Of a DNA stretch of 64,000 bases, positions 50,114 to 62,800 are shown piece by piece. The first letter of the stretch is position 1, and every line of letters begins with the position of its first letter. The stretch lies in contig JBHGNT010000010.1 in the NCBI GenBank assembly GCA_043228905.1, positions 20,770,001 through 20,834,000 on the forward strand, in the 5' to 3' direction. The notes beneath the pieces are model-generated. The model did no database searches. It was not told the origin of the DNA and saw nothing but the letters and a program-made list of their open reading frames with translations. The translations under genes and the position numbers were made by a program. This DNA is from Azolla caroliniana. Lineage: Eukaryota; Plantae; Polypodiophyta.

Positions 50114-53100
50114 ATGAGGGAAATGCAAATGAAAGAAGCAGATGAAGTACCTATTATTACTACCTTTACTACTATATGGGAAGATGGTGGTTGCCATTAT
50201 AATGATATATTCTCTGGTATTAATGGTACTCATGGACCTCCTAGTATAAGAAGCTCATTTGACTCCGAGACGACCGATACAAGTAGCGATCTAAGTCTAT
50301 ATTATTCTAGTGACGAATTCGATGAGAATTCATCATCTATACTACAAGAGGAGTGTTCAAGCCATCTTGATGATCCAATCAATCAATCAATCTTACCAAC
50401 ACAAGATGGTGATCATGATGATGCTACGAATATTGGGATGAATCACGTCAATGGGGTGGGATTAGTAGAAGTTGATCATGTCAAATTTCCAAGTGGATTT
50501 GATGGTGGAAATTTGGGGTCCTTCCATCCACATGAGTTCAATAATGTGAAACAAAGGGCAAAGTTGTTCAAATTGAGAAAGCTTAATCAAACATTACAGA
50601 GGGCATTGACATTGACCAAGAGTCGAATTAAGCCAATTGATCATAATATTTCAATTTCTAGCCCCAAAGAAATAATTTGCAAGGATCAATATCCAAACTA
50701 TGAGTTGATGTTAAACTTGCAGCTAGGAATAAGGTAGTAATCCAATTATACATGTGCTCTTTGTTGGTTCCATGCTATGAAATTAATATTCACTTACAAT
50801 GGGTTAGACACTTATAGGCTAAAAACTTATATTCACACTCTAATTGTTTACTATTCTAATGTTCAATTCTTTTTATTTGTATGCATGTGTGGTTAGATAT
50901 ACCATAGAGAAGGTAGCATCAGAGCCAAACCGGATGGTTGTGTCAGAAGATTTGGGCTCAAAAAGTGGAAGATTTCGGGTGAATTTCCCAAGGGGTGGGT
51001 CTAAAATCCCTCCACCCCATCAATATTCATACGACTTCAAATGGAAAGATTATTGCCCAATGGTCTTTAGGTATTGTGGACGATATTTACTACAAAACTC
51101 CCCTTATTGTCTCTATTCCCATTTTTTCCACAATAACTTTTTCCCATGCAACAATACAATTTTCATGCATGGTCTTTCAAGTTTTAACTTGTATTACTAC
51201 AGGAGTTTGAGGGAAATGTTCAAGATTGATACCAATGACTACCTCCATTCCATATGTGGCATTCATGGTGGATTGAGGAAAATCTCATCTCCAGGAAAAA
51301 GTGGTAGCACATTTTACTTGTCGCACAATGATCGATTCTTGATCAAAACTGTGCGAAAAGCTGAAGCCAAGGTATAATTCTATTGTCTTCATTTTCAAGA
51401 CATTTAAGACCACTTGGTCATGATAATCATATGTGAGATAATTTTGGATATTGTAAATTGCTTTTGTTTATCCAAGGTATTGCTAGGAATGCTTCGAAAC
51501 TACTATGAACATGTAAGGATGTATCCAAATACTCTCCTAACAAAATTCCTTGGGCTTTATGAAATCAAATTCGTCAGTGGTAGAAAGGTACATACTACAC
51601 CCCATATAAAAAAATTACATCGATATATACATTTATGATATTGTCACTAATTCATTATCTAAAAGATCTCGAAAAGTTGCGTTGGTATATGTAAACATCA
51701 AACTCCAGTCATTCACATATATAAGTCAAAAGAAAAGTTGCATTTATGTGCACTAATATTCAAGTGTGTTCTAATTCATTGCATATGGTCTTGAAAAATT
51801 GCATTGACATTGGCATTCCAAAATTCTTGTGCTAAGCTCTTTATATAATTTCACTCATCAATGTTGTAGGTCCGATTCGTAGTGATGGCTTATCTATTCC
51901 CTACTGATGAAATCCACATCCATAGGAAGTTTGATTTAAAAGGATCTTCTCAAGGACGTTCAATTAATGAAAGAGAAAAATTGACGATGAATGAGAATAT
52001 CACTCTCAAGGACTTGGATTTGGATTTTGTATTTCGAATGGAATCTCATCAACAAGAGACATTATTAAGGTATATCCATATGTTGAGTGCTTGTGTAAGA
52101 AGTCTAAGGACAATTTCCCATTCTGGATTCCAAACATATTTTCCAGTAGGAAGTTTATATCTTATATGACCTTTTGTAGGTGAAGCAATAGTGAAGCAAA
52201 ATATGCATATAACTAGTTATGGTTTTTGTGGGGATAGTTGTTTTACTGACATGGGTTTCAGAGTGATATTTAAGGTTTTCATGTATAATTATGGGGTCAC
52301 ACCTAGTTATTCGTATCAGGGGGAATTTAATAACAAGATTCCCCAATTTGGTCTAACCATCCAAAACCTAAAATCTTAAGGTGTTAGGGATTTCTAGTAT
52401 AGCCAAGTTCCAACATCAATCAACCTCATAGTTTGGTGAACCACCTTCCAAATTGTATGCACCACCTCATCTATGAAATAGTTGCATAATGTTGAGCATT
52501 GTGTAAGGGAAATGTGAAGGAAATGGGCGTCCTTATCGTTCCAATAGGAGAAAATATCTAACACTTCTTGTTTTTAGTTTATTGGCACAAGTTATTCCAA
52601 ACCTATCACTAAATCATTTTTACGAAATTTGTGTCGTAGGCAAATTGAATTCGACACCAAATTTCTCGAATCAGAACACATAATGGATTACAGTCTCTTA
52701 TTAGGTGTTCATTTCCAAGCTTCTATTATTCCTACTCCAACTAGAGGTATACATGCTAAACATTCAGTAATTCAACCTATTCTAGTCTATAAGTTGACAA
52801 TTAGTATGAGAAAACTTACAACCATCATTTGAACATTAATTGCAGGCAAAAGAGATATTATAGAGAATGTTAATGCCGATAATGAGCTACTTGTAAATAA
52901 TACTCTTAGTGGGTGTAACTATAGAGTTGTACATGAGGAGTTACCGGAGCAAGATACCCACTTAGGCATTCACATGCAAGCAAGAGCAGAGCCTAAGTTG
53001 TCCCCAAAAGTTCAAGACCTCATTAGTGATCCACAACATGCACGTGGCAAGGAGATTTATGATGTGGTGTTGTATTGTGGTATCATTGATATCTTGCAAC

Positions 53101-53237
53101 GTTATAACATGAGCAAGAGACTAGAGCATGCATATAAGTCAATTCACTTTGACTCCTTCTCAATCTCAGCTGTCAATCCAAGCCATTACTCTAAGAGATT
53201 TCGGGATTTTATACACCTCACTTTTCCATATCACTAA
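50114..53237 (+). CDS. PIP5K: Phosphatidylinositol 4-phosphate 5-kinase, 7 exons, no MORN repeats detected
   Basis: Exons 50114-50733, 50897-51070, 51203-51371, 51477-51587, 51870-52069, 52640-52746 and 52846-53237, all GT-AG with an open spliced frame. Motifs YELMLNLQLGIRY, FKWKDYCPMVFR, SSPGKSGSTFYLSHNDRFLIKT, FDLKGS, LKDLD, IMDYSLLLG, GIIDILQ and KRLEHAYKS..SISAVNP..YSKRF. Confidence 0.94.
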
Positions 53238-53737
53238 TTACCTTCCACTCGATGTTCATCCTTACAAAACATAACCATGATCATATGTAAATGATAGAGG
53301 TTCGAACTTGGAACTTCCTACAATTATGTAACATCTCTTAACATTAATTAAATGGATAGCATGATTGAGAAAGAAAACATTATGGGAAATTGCATGGAAC
53401 ATTATCTACAAGTGGCCAACATGTTCAAGGATTTTTCCATGTCATCATTCTTTGTTAGGACATGATAATGACTATTTGACAATATTTTAGTATCTTCGGA
53501 TCACACTCTTGTATAAGCCAAACTTGAGCTTGAATATGTTATTATGAATATAGGTTTTCCAAACCTTGGAAATGCGATAGGTACCAATTAAACAAGATCA
53601 TCCATGTAACAACTATCAAGTGATATAATATGATTGATTGTCCACATAAAAATTAAGGAGAATTGATGAGTAGGCCACATGATGAAACTATGACGGTTTA
53701 AGTTTAGATCTAACATAAAGTTGGGTATAACTTCCAT

Positions 53738-54800
53738 CTTATATATTACGTTATAGTAAAGATGAGCTAATTTTTAGGAAAAATGGATTTCCTCTATAAT
53801 CACGAGTCAATTTTCAAAATGACCCCAATTATCTGCACAACATATTAAGACATGGACTCAATCCACCAAAAACAACATGTGCATTGTGCAATGCATGCAC
53901 GCATATCTCCTTATAGCTTCTAGCTTATATATTACATTATAGTAAAGATGAGCTAATTTTTAGGGAAAATGGCTTTCCTCTATAATCGCGAGTCAATTTG
54001 CAAAATGACCCCAATTAATGACGTTGAATTTATGTTTTAGATAAGGATGAGATTTTATGGTGTGGAGGTCGAAGCACATTCTCACGAGGAGATGAGGAAT
54101 TTAGACACATTTTATTGTTTATGTGCAGGAATTTGGTGTATTCGGCGAGATGGTTGACGAGGACTTAACGAAACAGTTTTTATGTTTTTTGATAAGAACA
54201 AGTGATGATGGTGTGGGGGCCAAAGAATATGCTCATGAGGAGAGGAGGAAACTTGACTTAATTTGTTGTTGTATGTACATGAATTTGGTGGTAATCTGGC
54301 AAGATGGTTGATGGGGAAAGAGGAAGCATAGTTGTTAGACTTTACAACCACGAATGTGGAAAGTGGTCTCTTGAAAAACCAAAGAACGTAATTGATCACC
54401 CTCAAAACCGAGATGTACAGGTTGAAGAAGTATTGAATGGCTCATAATTATGACCTCAGAGGGTTTGTTTCCGAATAGAGCTACTTTCGTTGTTGCCTAT
54501 GGATATGGATACCTTGCAATGTATCTAGGGAATAGATTGTAATTGCCGGACTGTTTTCTCTATGTTGGAGTACATAGATTTGTTTCCTCAACCGTTGTCT
54601 ACACAAGACGGGCTTGAGAAAAAATGCTTTGTATGATGTAATCATTATGACCTTTCTTTATAACTAATGGAAGGATAATTTGTTTTGAAAAAATAAAATA
54701 ATTTTTTTTTTTTGCAAAATAACCCCAATTATCGGCACAACATAATAAGACAACGAGCGCAATCCACTAAAAACAACATGTGCAATGCATGAATTCATAT
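53738..54800 (+). repeat. ~186-bp tandem duplication whose second copy is split by an insertion
   Basis: cttatatattac.ttatagtaaagatgagctaatttttagg.aaaatgg... starts at about 53738 and about 53924. The second copy resumes at about 54732 (tcggcacaacata.taagaca...aaaaacaacatgtgca). Confidence 0.85.
54018..54710 (+). mobile_element. Short retroposed insertion (probably a 5'-truncated LINE 3' end) with a 21-bp TSD
   Basis: tttgcaaaat.accccaatta at 53997-54017 and 54711-54731 (20/21). A-rich tail gaaaaaataaaataa just before the 3' TSD. Confidence 0.7.
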
Positions 54801-54939
54801 CTTCTCACTATTATTAATTGTTTTAACATAGTTAGTTATAACAATCGGATTTCGAAAATGAATATGTTGCACATGTTATTTTCTAATTCGTAGTAGGTAA
54901 ACATAAATATTGCATCAGTATATGTTCTACTTCTCTTCC

Positions 54940-55560
54940 GGTTCAGATCGAGTTACGGCAACTAAATAGTAAGTCGTGTGGATTTGGTTGTGGATGTATG
55001 ATGGAATCAATTAAGCATGTATTGTGTTCTTGTCCTAGAATTATGCAAGTATGGAAGATAGTATTAAGGCTGTTGATATTGATACATGCTAATTTTGTGA
55101 TCACTTGGGGTGCGGTTAGGTGCGGCATTCTAGAGGGACAATTGTTGTTATATGAAAAGGAGAATATAGTGGAATCCTTTCACATAGTTCCTCCTCATAT
55201 ACAAATGGTTCAACCTTTTATATTTGATAGTTTGCAATTTAGGGATGATATTATTTGGAAGACAATTTCATCCATTCTGATGTGGGTAATTTGGAAGGCG
55301 CGACGTACATTAGTGTTTGACAACGTCACTCGTGATGTTTCTGTTATAATTGTTGAATTCTGGTTGTTACTTATTCATACATTACGTGGTTAGTACGAAA
55401 GTTTTACATACAATGTTGACGTCATTTTCAAGAAGCAAATGCATTTTAAAAGGTTATGGGATTCAATGCTCATTTTTAGGGAAGATGGAGATCACATAAT
55501 ATGGATGTATACTATTCCTGTCATTTTGGGAAACAATGTTTACTAACTTTGTTTATGGAT
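54940..55560 (+). mobile_element. L1 3'-terminal fragment (zf-RVT region), related to the L1 at 20570-22630
   Basis: CGFGCGCMMESIKHVLCSCPRIMQVWKIVLRLL...WG...ILMWVIWKARRTLVFDN...EFWLLLIHTLRG parallels VWKRILRLL...WG...TLWVLWTSR...EIWLTLVHTLKG in the other copy. Confidence 0.8.
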
Positions 55561-58500
55561 TTATTGCTATAGATGGTGGTGGTATAGGTTACATTGCATG
55601 CTCATTTGCAGTTTGGGAGGAGTAGACCATAAAAATATTGGAGATATGGTGTACAAATATGTGTAGTTCTTGTATATACGCATCAAATTGGCTATGTTGT
55701 GAGTACAATGGAGTCGGTTGGTATACTTGTTTATCCAACACAACTTTTGTATTTCTTATGATTTTATAATACCAAAGTGTATCTCTCTCTCTATATGTGT
55801 GTGTTTGTGTGTGTTCTACTTCCCTTACTATGTGCTTAATTTTAGAGACAATGACAAAAACTTAGGATTGTAACTCCCCATCATGCTACACATCATTTGA
55901 TCTATACGACAAGGTACACTAACATCAAATATACAATTTAGTGGCCATATTGGGAAATCCTAGTAGGCTCGTTGGTATTGGTATCATGAACGCACAATGA
56001 ACAATTGCATATGTTAGGTGATTTTGTTAAGTTGAAGTATTGTCTAGAACCATGTTAAGCATATATTGTAGCTAGCATTATCCAAGCGCAATAAACAGAT
56101 GTTTCAAAGTGCTAATAATACAAGGTCAATAATTAGGAAACCAAACATAATAGTTTGTTACCATTGCATGGTACATGGAAGTCTATAGTACTTGGGTTGT
56201 TTATTACAATGGGTGCATGTAAGATTGCTAAATTAATGTAAGGAAAACATCTCACATATGTTATATAACAATCTAGTATAAATATGTGGCTCCATAGTTC
56301 TGTAGCTAATTAGGGTGTATCCACATGCTATGAGGAACCTTATACAGACTCAATAATTCCAAGCAACTACCATTTGATTGATCTTAACAACTAGAGCAAC
56401 TCTGACATATTGTGCAAATTACTAAAATCAACTGAGAAATATCTTTCACTAGCCCAAAAGTTTGCTTGGCATCACAAGAGGGGTAACTTCAATGGTACAT
56501 AAAAGTTTGTAACATAATAATCATGTTAATTCCAAGCTTGTTATATCTTCATACCTTACAAAACGGTAATATGTTATTTCTTAATATCGACGATAGAAAA
56601 CATGATATCCATCATTTGTACAAGAGAGATTATTTTCACTTTCAATATCCATCTTGCATCTCCGTGCATGCACATTCTTGTAATAGTATCCACCAATGTT
56701 TCTACAACTTGAAAATTACAAGTCATGCAATCTGATTTTTTTGTGTGCCTTGTGGAAGTCATTGTTTGACTCTTTTTATGTGGCAAATGAAGAAGAAGGA
56801 AGTGTTGGTATTTTAACTTTTACATGTCAAGTTGGAAAGGAAATGAAAGAGTTGGAGAATATATATTAGGAAAAACGCTAAAATTCTATAGATTTTTTTC
56901 TTTGATTCCTCGAAAGTCCATATGCTTTTGTTAATATTTCCTTAAATGGCATTCGTCAAACCTTGTAAGAGCATTTGTACATGCTTTTTTAACCAATCAT
57001 GTGGTCAATTATTTCCCTTTTTATCAATTTCTAATGCAATTATTTTATCCATTTATACCTAATTTTGTGTTTTTTTCAAATTTGTCATTGGTAAAGGCAT
57101 TCAAAGGAGACACCAAGAATTAGGAGCATTAGGGGAAATAAAGAAAAAAACTTGGGGATATTTTAGAGATTTTGCCCAACACACTAAGTTGAACAGAAAA
57201 CATATTCACATTAGAAGACATTGACTAATTTGAGGAGAATATGGATATTTTTAGTGACAAATAATAAAGCATATGGAAAAAAGTATAGAAATAACTCTAA
57301 GACGTGGTGAATGAGTTTATCATTAAACATGCATGGACAACAATTGAGTTATTGATACAACCAAAGCATGATTCATTTAAATCATCAACAATTCTAAGGG
57401 ATCTAGCCATCCGTATGTCTAGATTTAAATTTTACCTCATTACACATTGCTTTTGATGGAGCTATGTTTTGCATAACAATCGTCACTCACTACTTTTAAG
57501 CATGATGCTCTATAAAAATCATCTCTTCCACGTGTGGTCAAGTAATTCACAAAACACCTATATAGAGAGAGTATGGAGAAGATGAAATGTATTTAAAATA
57601 CCTCTTTCATCTTTTAATTTTGGTAGTAATTTCAAAGAGAGCAAAGTAGTTATTTATGTCATGGAAGTTTGATAATTATTTGTAATTAAATATTAAGATA
57701 AATGATACATTTAATGGATTTAAAAGAATGTGAGGTATACATATTACATTCTATTGTGACCTTAACATAGTGTTTGATTACAACGAAGAAAATATTAAGT
57801 ATTGGAGGATCTTCTAATTATTTGAATCATATGTTGTAGAGGATCCAACATCCTTTTGACTGAATCGAAAGGATTATGATGCGTGCGTGCTCAATAGAAA
57901 AAGTTATATTATATTGAAGAATTTGATTCATTCTTTATTATATTAAGTTTCGCCAATATAAAATGATATCTTTATACATCCAAAATATAACACCTTGCAA
58001 GTGGCTTTAACCTATAAGAGTTGCTTGTACATGTCCCTACCAAATCCATTGAGTTTCATTCTTTAGAATAATGAGAAACAATTGCAGGAGGGAATCAAGG
58101 GAAACAAATTAGATGGAGGGGAGATAGATGATTAAATGCAGGAAAGACTTCGATACAATGTTGACAATACGCGTGGGTCCATGACAAACCAAAATAGAGA
58201 TGGAGAGGATTACAAGATAATAACCACTTGAAATATGATAGAGAGTACTAATATTTGTCAAATCTATATGTGCACTTCTCTAAATTGCATATATACATGG
58301 TCATGTAGATGCTACGCTTATATCAATATTGATAGTGAGAAATCATGCTAAGCATTAACATGTTATTAAATATAGTTTTTATTGTCACAAAGAAGTAGTT
58401 GTGCTAAGGATCATGTGTTACACAATGGACATGATTAGAGACTGTGTATGAGAGAGGGAGAGTATAGAAGATAAGATTATGCCAAGGAAAATGAGGGACG

Positions 58501-59833
58501 AAATACAACAATTAATCGACATTAAGGAATTGTAGATCAACGCCTCATACGTTGAGAATATTGGTTTGTATACTATATTCTATGTGTACTTAATTTAGAA
58601 TCTTAATCCGATCTGCCATGATGGGACAATGACAAGGACGTTGGGATATCAAAATGATACGCATGCATTTAATATGTATTTCCCATACATTTATAATGAG
58701 GGCGGACTTTTGCGCATGTGTTCACACACAAGGTGTGTGGTTGTGTATTTGAGCTTGACATCTTTGTAAGTAGTTGCATTAAAATCATGGAGAATGTCTA
58801 GTTTAAATGTATTAAAAAAAGTGAACTCTGGTTTATCATTATATTGTAAAATACAATCCTAAAAGTAGGAATAGAACAAACACTAAAAATTGCATATTCA
58901 TGAGGATAATAAAAGTAATATTTAGGTTTGTTTAAAAATGAGAATTAGAGCTAGAGCATTCTCTACGTGAAATCAAGTGAAGTGCACCAATTGATGATAT
59001 GATATGCCGGATATTATTTATCATATCTATTTACAATTTCTAGAAGCATACCTCACCACAGACTCACTACTAGGTCACAGGTATGTTGGCCAAATGAAAT
59101 GCAACTCTTCAAAAGAAGTTTGTTGAACAAACACTTTTTGACATATATGTCGCTACCAGACCAGGGGGATTGATGACATTATGAAGCATACCCCCCCCTA
59201 AACCTGTATTCAAGAGGCAATCGGTGGAAAAAACACTAATTTTTTTGTAAAGCTATATTTTAAGGAGCAACTATTAGTAGACATGATCTCGAAACTCCAA
59301 GACACAAATGTTATGGTGAACCCATGCGTATGATCTCTATTACTATAGGGAGAATTCACACTATAAACAATTGGTCCCTTAGATTAGATGCGATTTGAAA
59401 CTAGTTATCTCGCTCTTGCTATTGCCTTCAAGAGTTCTCCACAAATGGCCCACATTGTATGTTGGTATGCGTATCGAGATTTGAAATTGGATCAACGTGT
59501 CTTGCTTCGTTGGTTTGGTTGCCCACCTAAGAGTCAAAGATGGGTCGCATCTAGTCTATTGGTGGGTGTAAGGACTAAGGTACATACCTAAGCCTTTACT
59601 GATTCGCTTGATTATACAATTCAAAAGTTTTGGGCATTGAACATTCAATAACATACAATGGAATGGAAAGTAATAAATTATTATGATAGTTTTGATTCTT
59701 AATTACTTTACCCTAGTGGTAAGTTGTTATATTGTTAGCTATAGGTCTTGAGCTCGAAACCCAGTCTGCTCACCTCTCTATTACTCGATACATATCCTCT
59801 ACATTCCTCTCTCTCTCTCTCTCTGTCTCTCCC

Positions 59834-62800
59834 ATGGCCTCCACGCTCTGCTCCTGTGCCGTCGCATCGTCATCACTCGCAGCGAAGCTCTCTCGTCATC
59901 CCCCTCATGGCAATTCCCTCACCGCCCACAGATTCTGCCTCTCTCAACTTAGACGCTCCTTCTTCAACAGAAACGGAGCTACAACAGAAGCTCCGCAGCA
60001 TCACTTACATTATAAGGCACGAGTCAAACGGAGTCGTACATGTACTTCTTTGTCTTCCATCGACTTTGAATCTCCACCTATCGATTTCGACCTACATGTA
60101 AGCTATCTTCTTCTTTTTCTTAATTTCTTTTTGCCTTAACAACTCTTTTTAAATAAGTTCCTGTGGTTATTCATTCAAACAATTGGGACTCACTTACTTT
60201 AATTAAATCATTAATGATATTCTGTTGCAATGTGAAATCGTGAAGCGGTTTTTTCATTGAGGTTTTTTTCCTACATTTATAGTTGATGGATATTTTTTCA
60301 TGCTTTTATCTCTACATTATTCAGTTCATTAATGGTTTGTTCCTGCATTTACATATATCAAGAATTGATGATTAAACCGTTGAGTGTTTTTTGTGATGAT
60401 TAAAAAAAACTTCTATTTTATCCCTACATTTTACAAGACAATGGAACTTATTGTTTGCGATGTTTTCCCTATATTTTGCATTCAATGCTGATTAATAACT
60501 AGGAGTGGTTTTTGTTGTAATGGGAAGTTATGAAATATTTTTTACCTTTTTTAGTACATTTGATGTTGATTATCCTAGGTCCTTGGTAGGTGATGTTGTC
60601 TTGTCATAATGACGATCAGTGTAGATGATTGGCTTGGTAAATTGGAGATGAGTTTATATTAACATTTACATGCAACTATGATGTGAATATTTACATTCAA
60701 ATATGATAATGTAGATGAGCGATTTTGTGTTTTTATGTAATGTTGCAAAGTCCTTTCTTTAGGTTTTCCCTACATTTTACAGTCACTGATGCGAGACATG
60801 GGAGCAGAATTCTCTGAAGATGGTTCAACCGTTTTGTCATTTGGTAATGATGATGAAGCTTTGAATGCTGCTACTAGCGGAGTTGCTGTAAGTGAAGGGT
60901 TTTTTTATTTTCTGTAGACATTTTTTATGATTTTGATGAAATATTTACTGTTATGCTGCTTATCTACATTAAATCTAATTCGAAGGTTTCAGGGAAATTT
61001 CTTAATGCATAAATAATAGGAAAATTACAAGCAAATACCAGCAGTTCTATATTTCTATCAGATTATGTTTCATTGTTAATATTTCGAATCATTCCAATAT
61101 TCAGTCTGCATTTTAATGAATGACACCATATTTTAGCCAAAACATGCACCTGATTCAAGTACAATGTGCTCTTCGTATGGGCTTGTTTGCTCTTTAATCC
61201 AAACTAAATCCAACTCAAAGGGAAGAAAAAACTTGCTGACTTCAATGAAGTACAAAAATCTAGAAAGAAGTGCTAAGTGAAACTGGATGCTCTAATGAAG
61301 ATGTCATAAGTATGTGCTTTTAGTGATTTTACACCTTGCTATGCCTCTTTAGAAATTTCCAATCACAAATTCACTTTGTGCACACTTTGTGCATCCCATA
61401 TATTATATTCATTGGAATGGTTATGTACATGACCCTTGACCTTACTCATGGTCTAAGATCAGAGTTGTCGGTAATCATGGTGTAAGATCAGAGTTGTGAA
61501 TAAGAAGACTAAGCTTTGTGAAATTGATGCTTCTCTCTTAGGCACATACATTTGACAATGGAGATTATGGATTTGGGAGGGTAGACTACTAGCACAACTC
61601 TAAAGTGATCCAGGTGAATGGTGCAAGCCATCCCAAGAATCTCCTTGGATGAGTCTCAAGAATTTGTAAAATCTATGGTTTTTGTGTCTTGACTTGGAAA
61701 ACGTTAGTTGAAAACACTTTTGGACATTTCCTCCATATGGATGCACTGATGTGATGAAAGTGCTAAAGAGGTATTTCTTGAGAACCCAACATCTGATTTC
61801 TCTTATGTTTCATGCATCTTCTAAACTATGAGAGGCTGAACCCAACAGCAATACATCATGCACATATAACAAGCTCACAATGATTGCTGGGGTGGCCACA
61901 AGGCCTTGTGTTCTTGCATTTTCTCTTTTGCCATCTTTCCAGTTTGCCTGTACTTGCATCTCTATGTTCATAATGCATACTAATCCTGCTGTTCGTGCCA
62001 CTGGAACGTACGGCAAGTATTTAACAAAGGTAGAGTTATATTATATTGGGAGCTTTATCGTAAATCTGTAGCTCTTTCATGAGTTTGAAAATATATCACG
62101 AGTTAGGTGTTCCCAATGATAATGGCTTCAATTAGTTCTTGTTGCATAAACACATAAACCAAGTGTCCCAATTTATCAATGTGTAATTGACAGAAGACCA
62201 ATGAAAGTAGGCATCCTTGCTTAACAGTAGCGTTTGTGAAAAATGCTGAAATTCTCCTTTCAACGATGAAATGGGCATATCATTTTATAAAAGATATGAT
62301 AAATTGCAAGATTAAACTTTTTACACATCTAATCATTGTTTCCTATTTTGTCGATTTGATCATTTCCGGGCTGATTCCTCAAAGATCTCTTGCATTGTGA
62401 GTAATGAATTTCACAAGACTGCCATGTATATCCTCAATGATAGAGTAGATAAGTATATGTGATAGATAATGATCACATAGCAACATTCAAACCTTATTTT
62501 TAGTCATATTGAACCCTGGAAGGTATAAAGATGTCCAATTTTAATATATTTCTCTTTTAAATGTCGCCCAAATTTATATGACACCACACTGTACATCCGG
62601 AAGGCCTGCCTCTAAGAATAGTTAGCTTATTCCAAGTACTTCATTTAAATTCCTCAACTAACAGAAAATAACATCCCTGAATTAGAATTTGTCTTATGCT
62701 CCAACCTCAATCTAATGTATCTTCTCATTTGTTGAGCATAATTTTGAGTTTTTTGTTGAGGATAATTCATTCCCAATGACTTATTATTATTGCAGGTTGT

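Noticed and set aside
56500-57400. Cys/His-containing short ORF reminiscent of a Mutator/FAR1 zinc-binding domain
   Set aside because: The resemblance is single and weak, with no DDE domain, TIR or TSD found.
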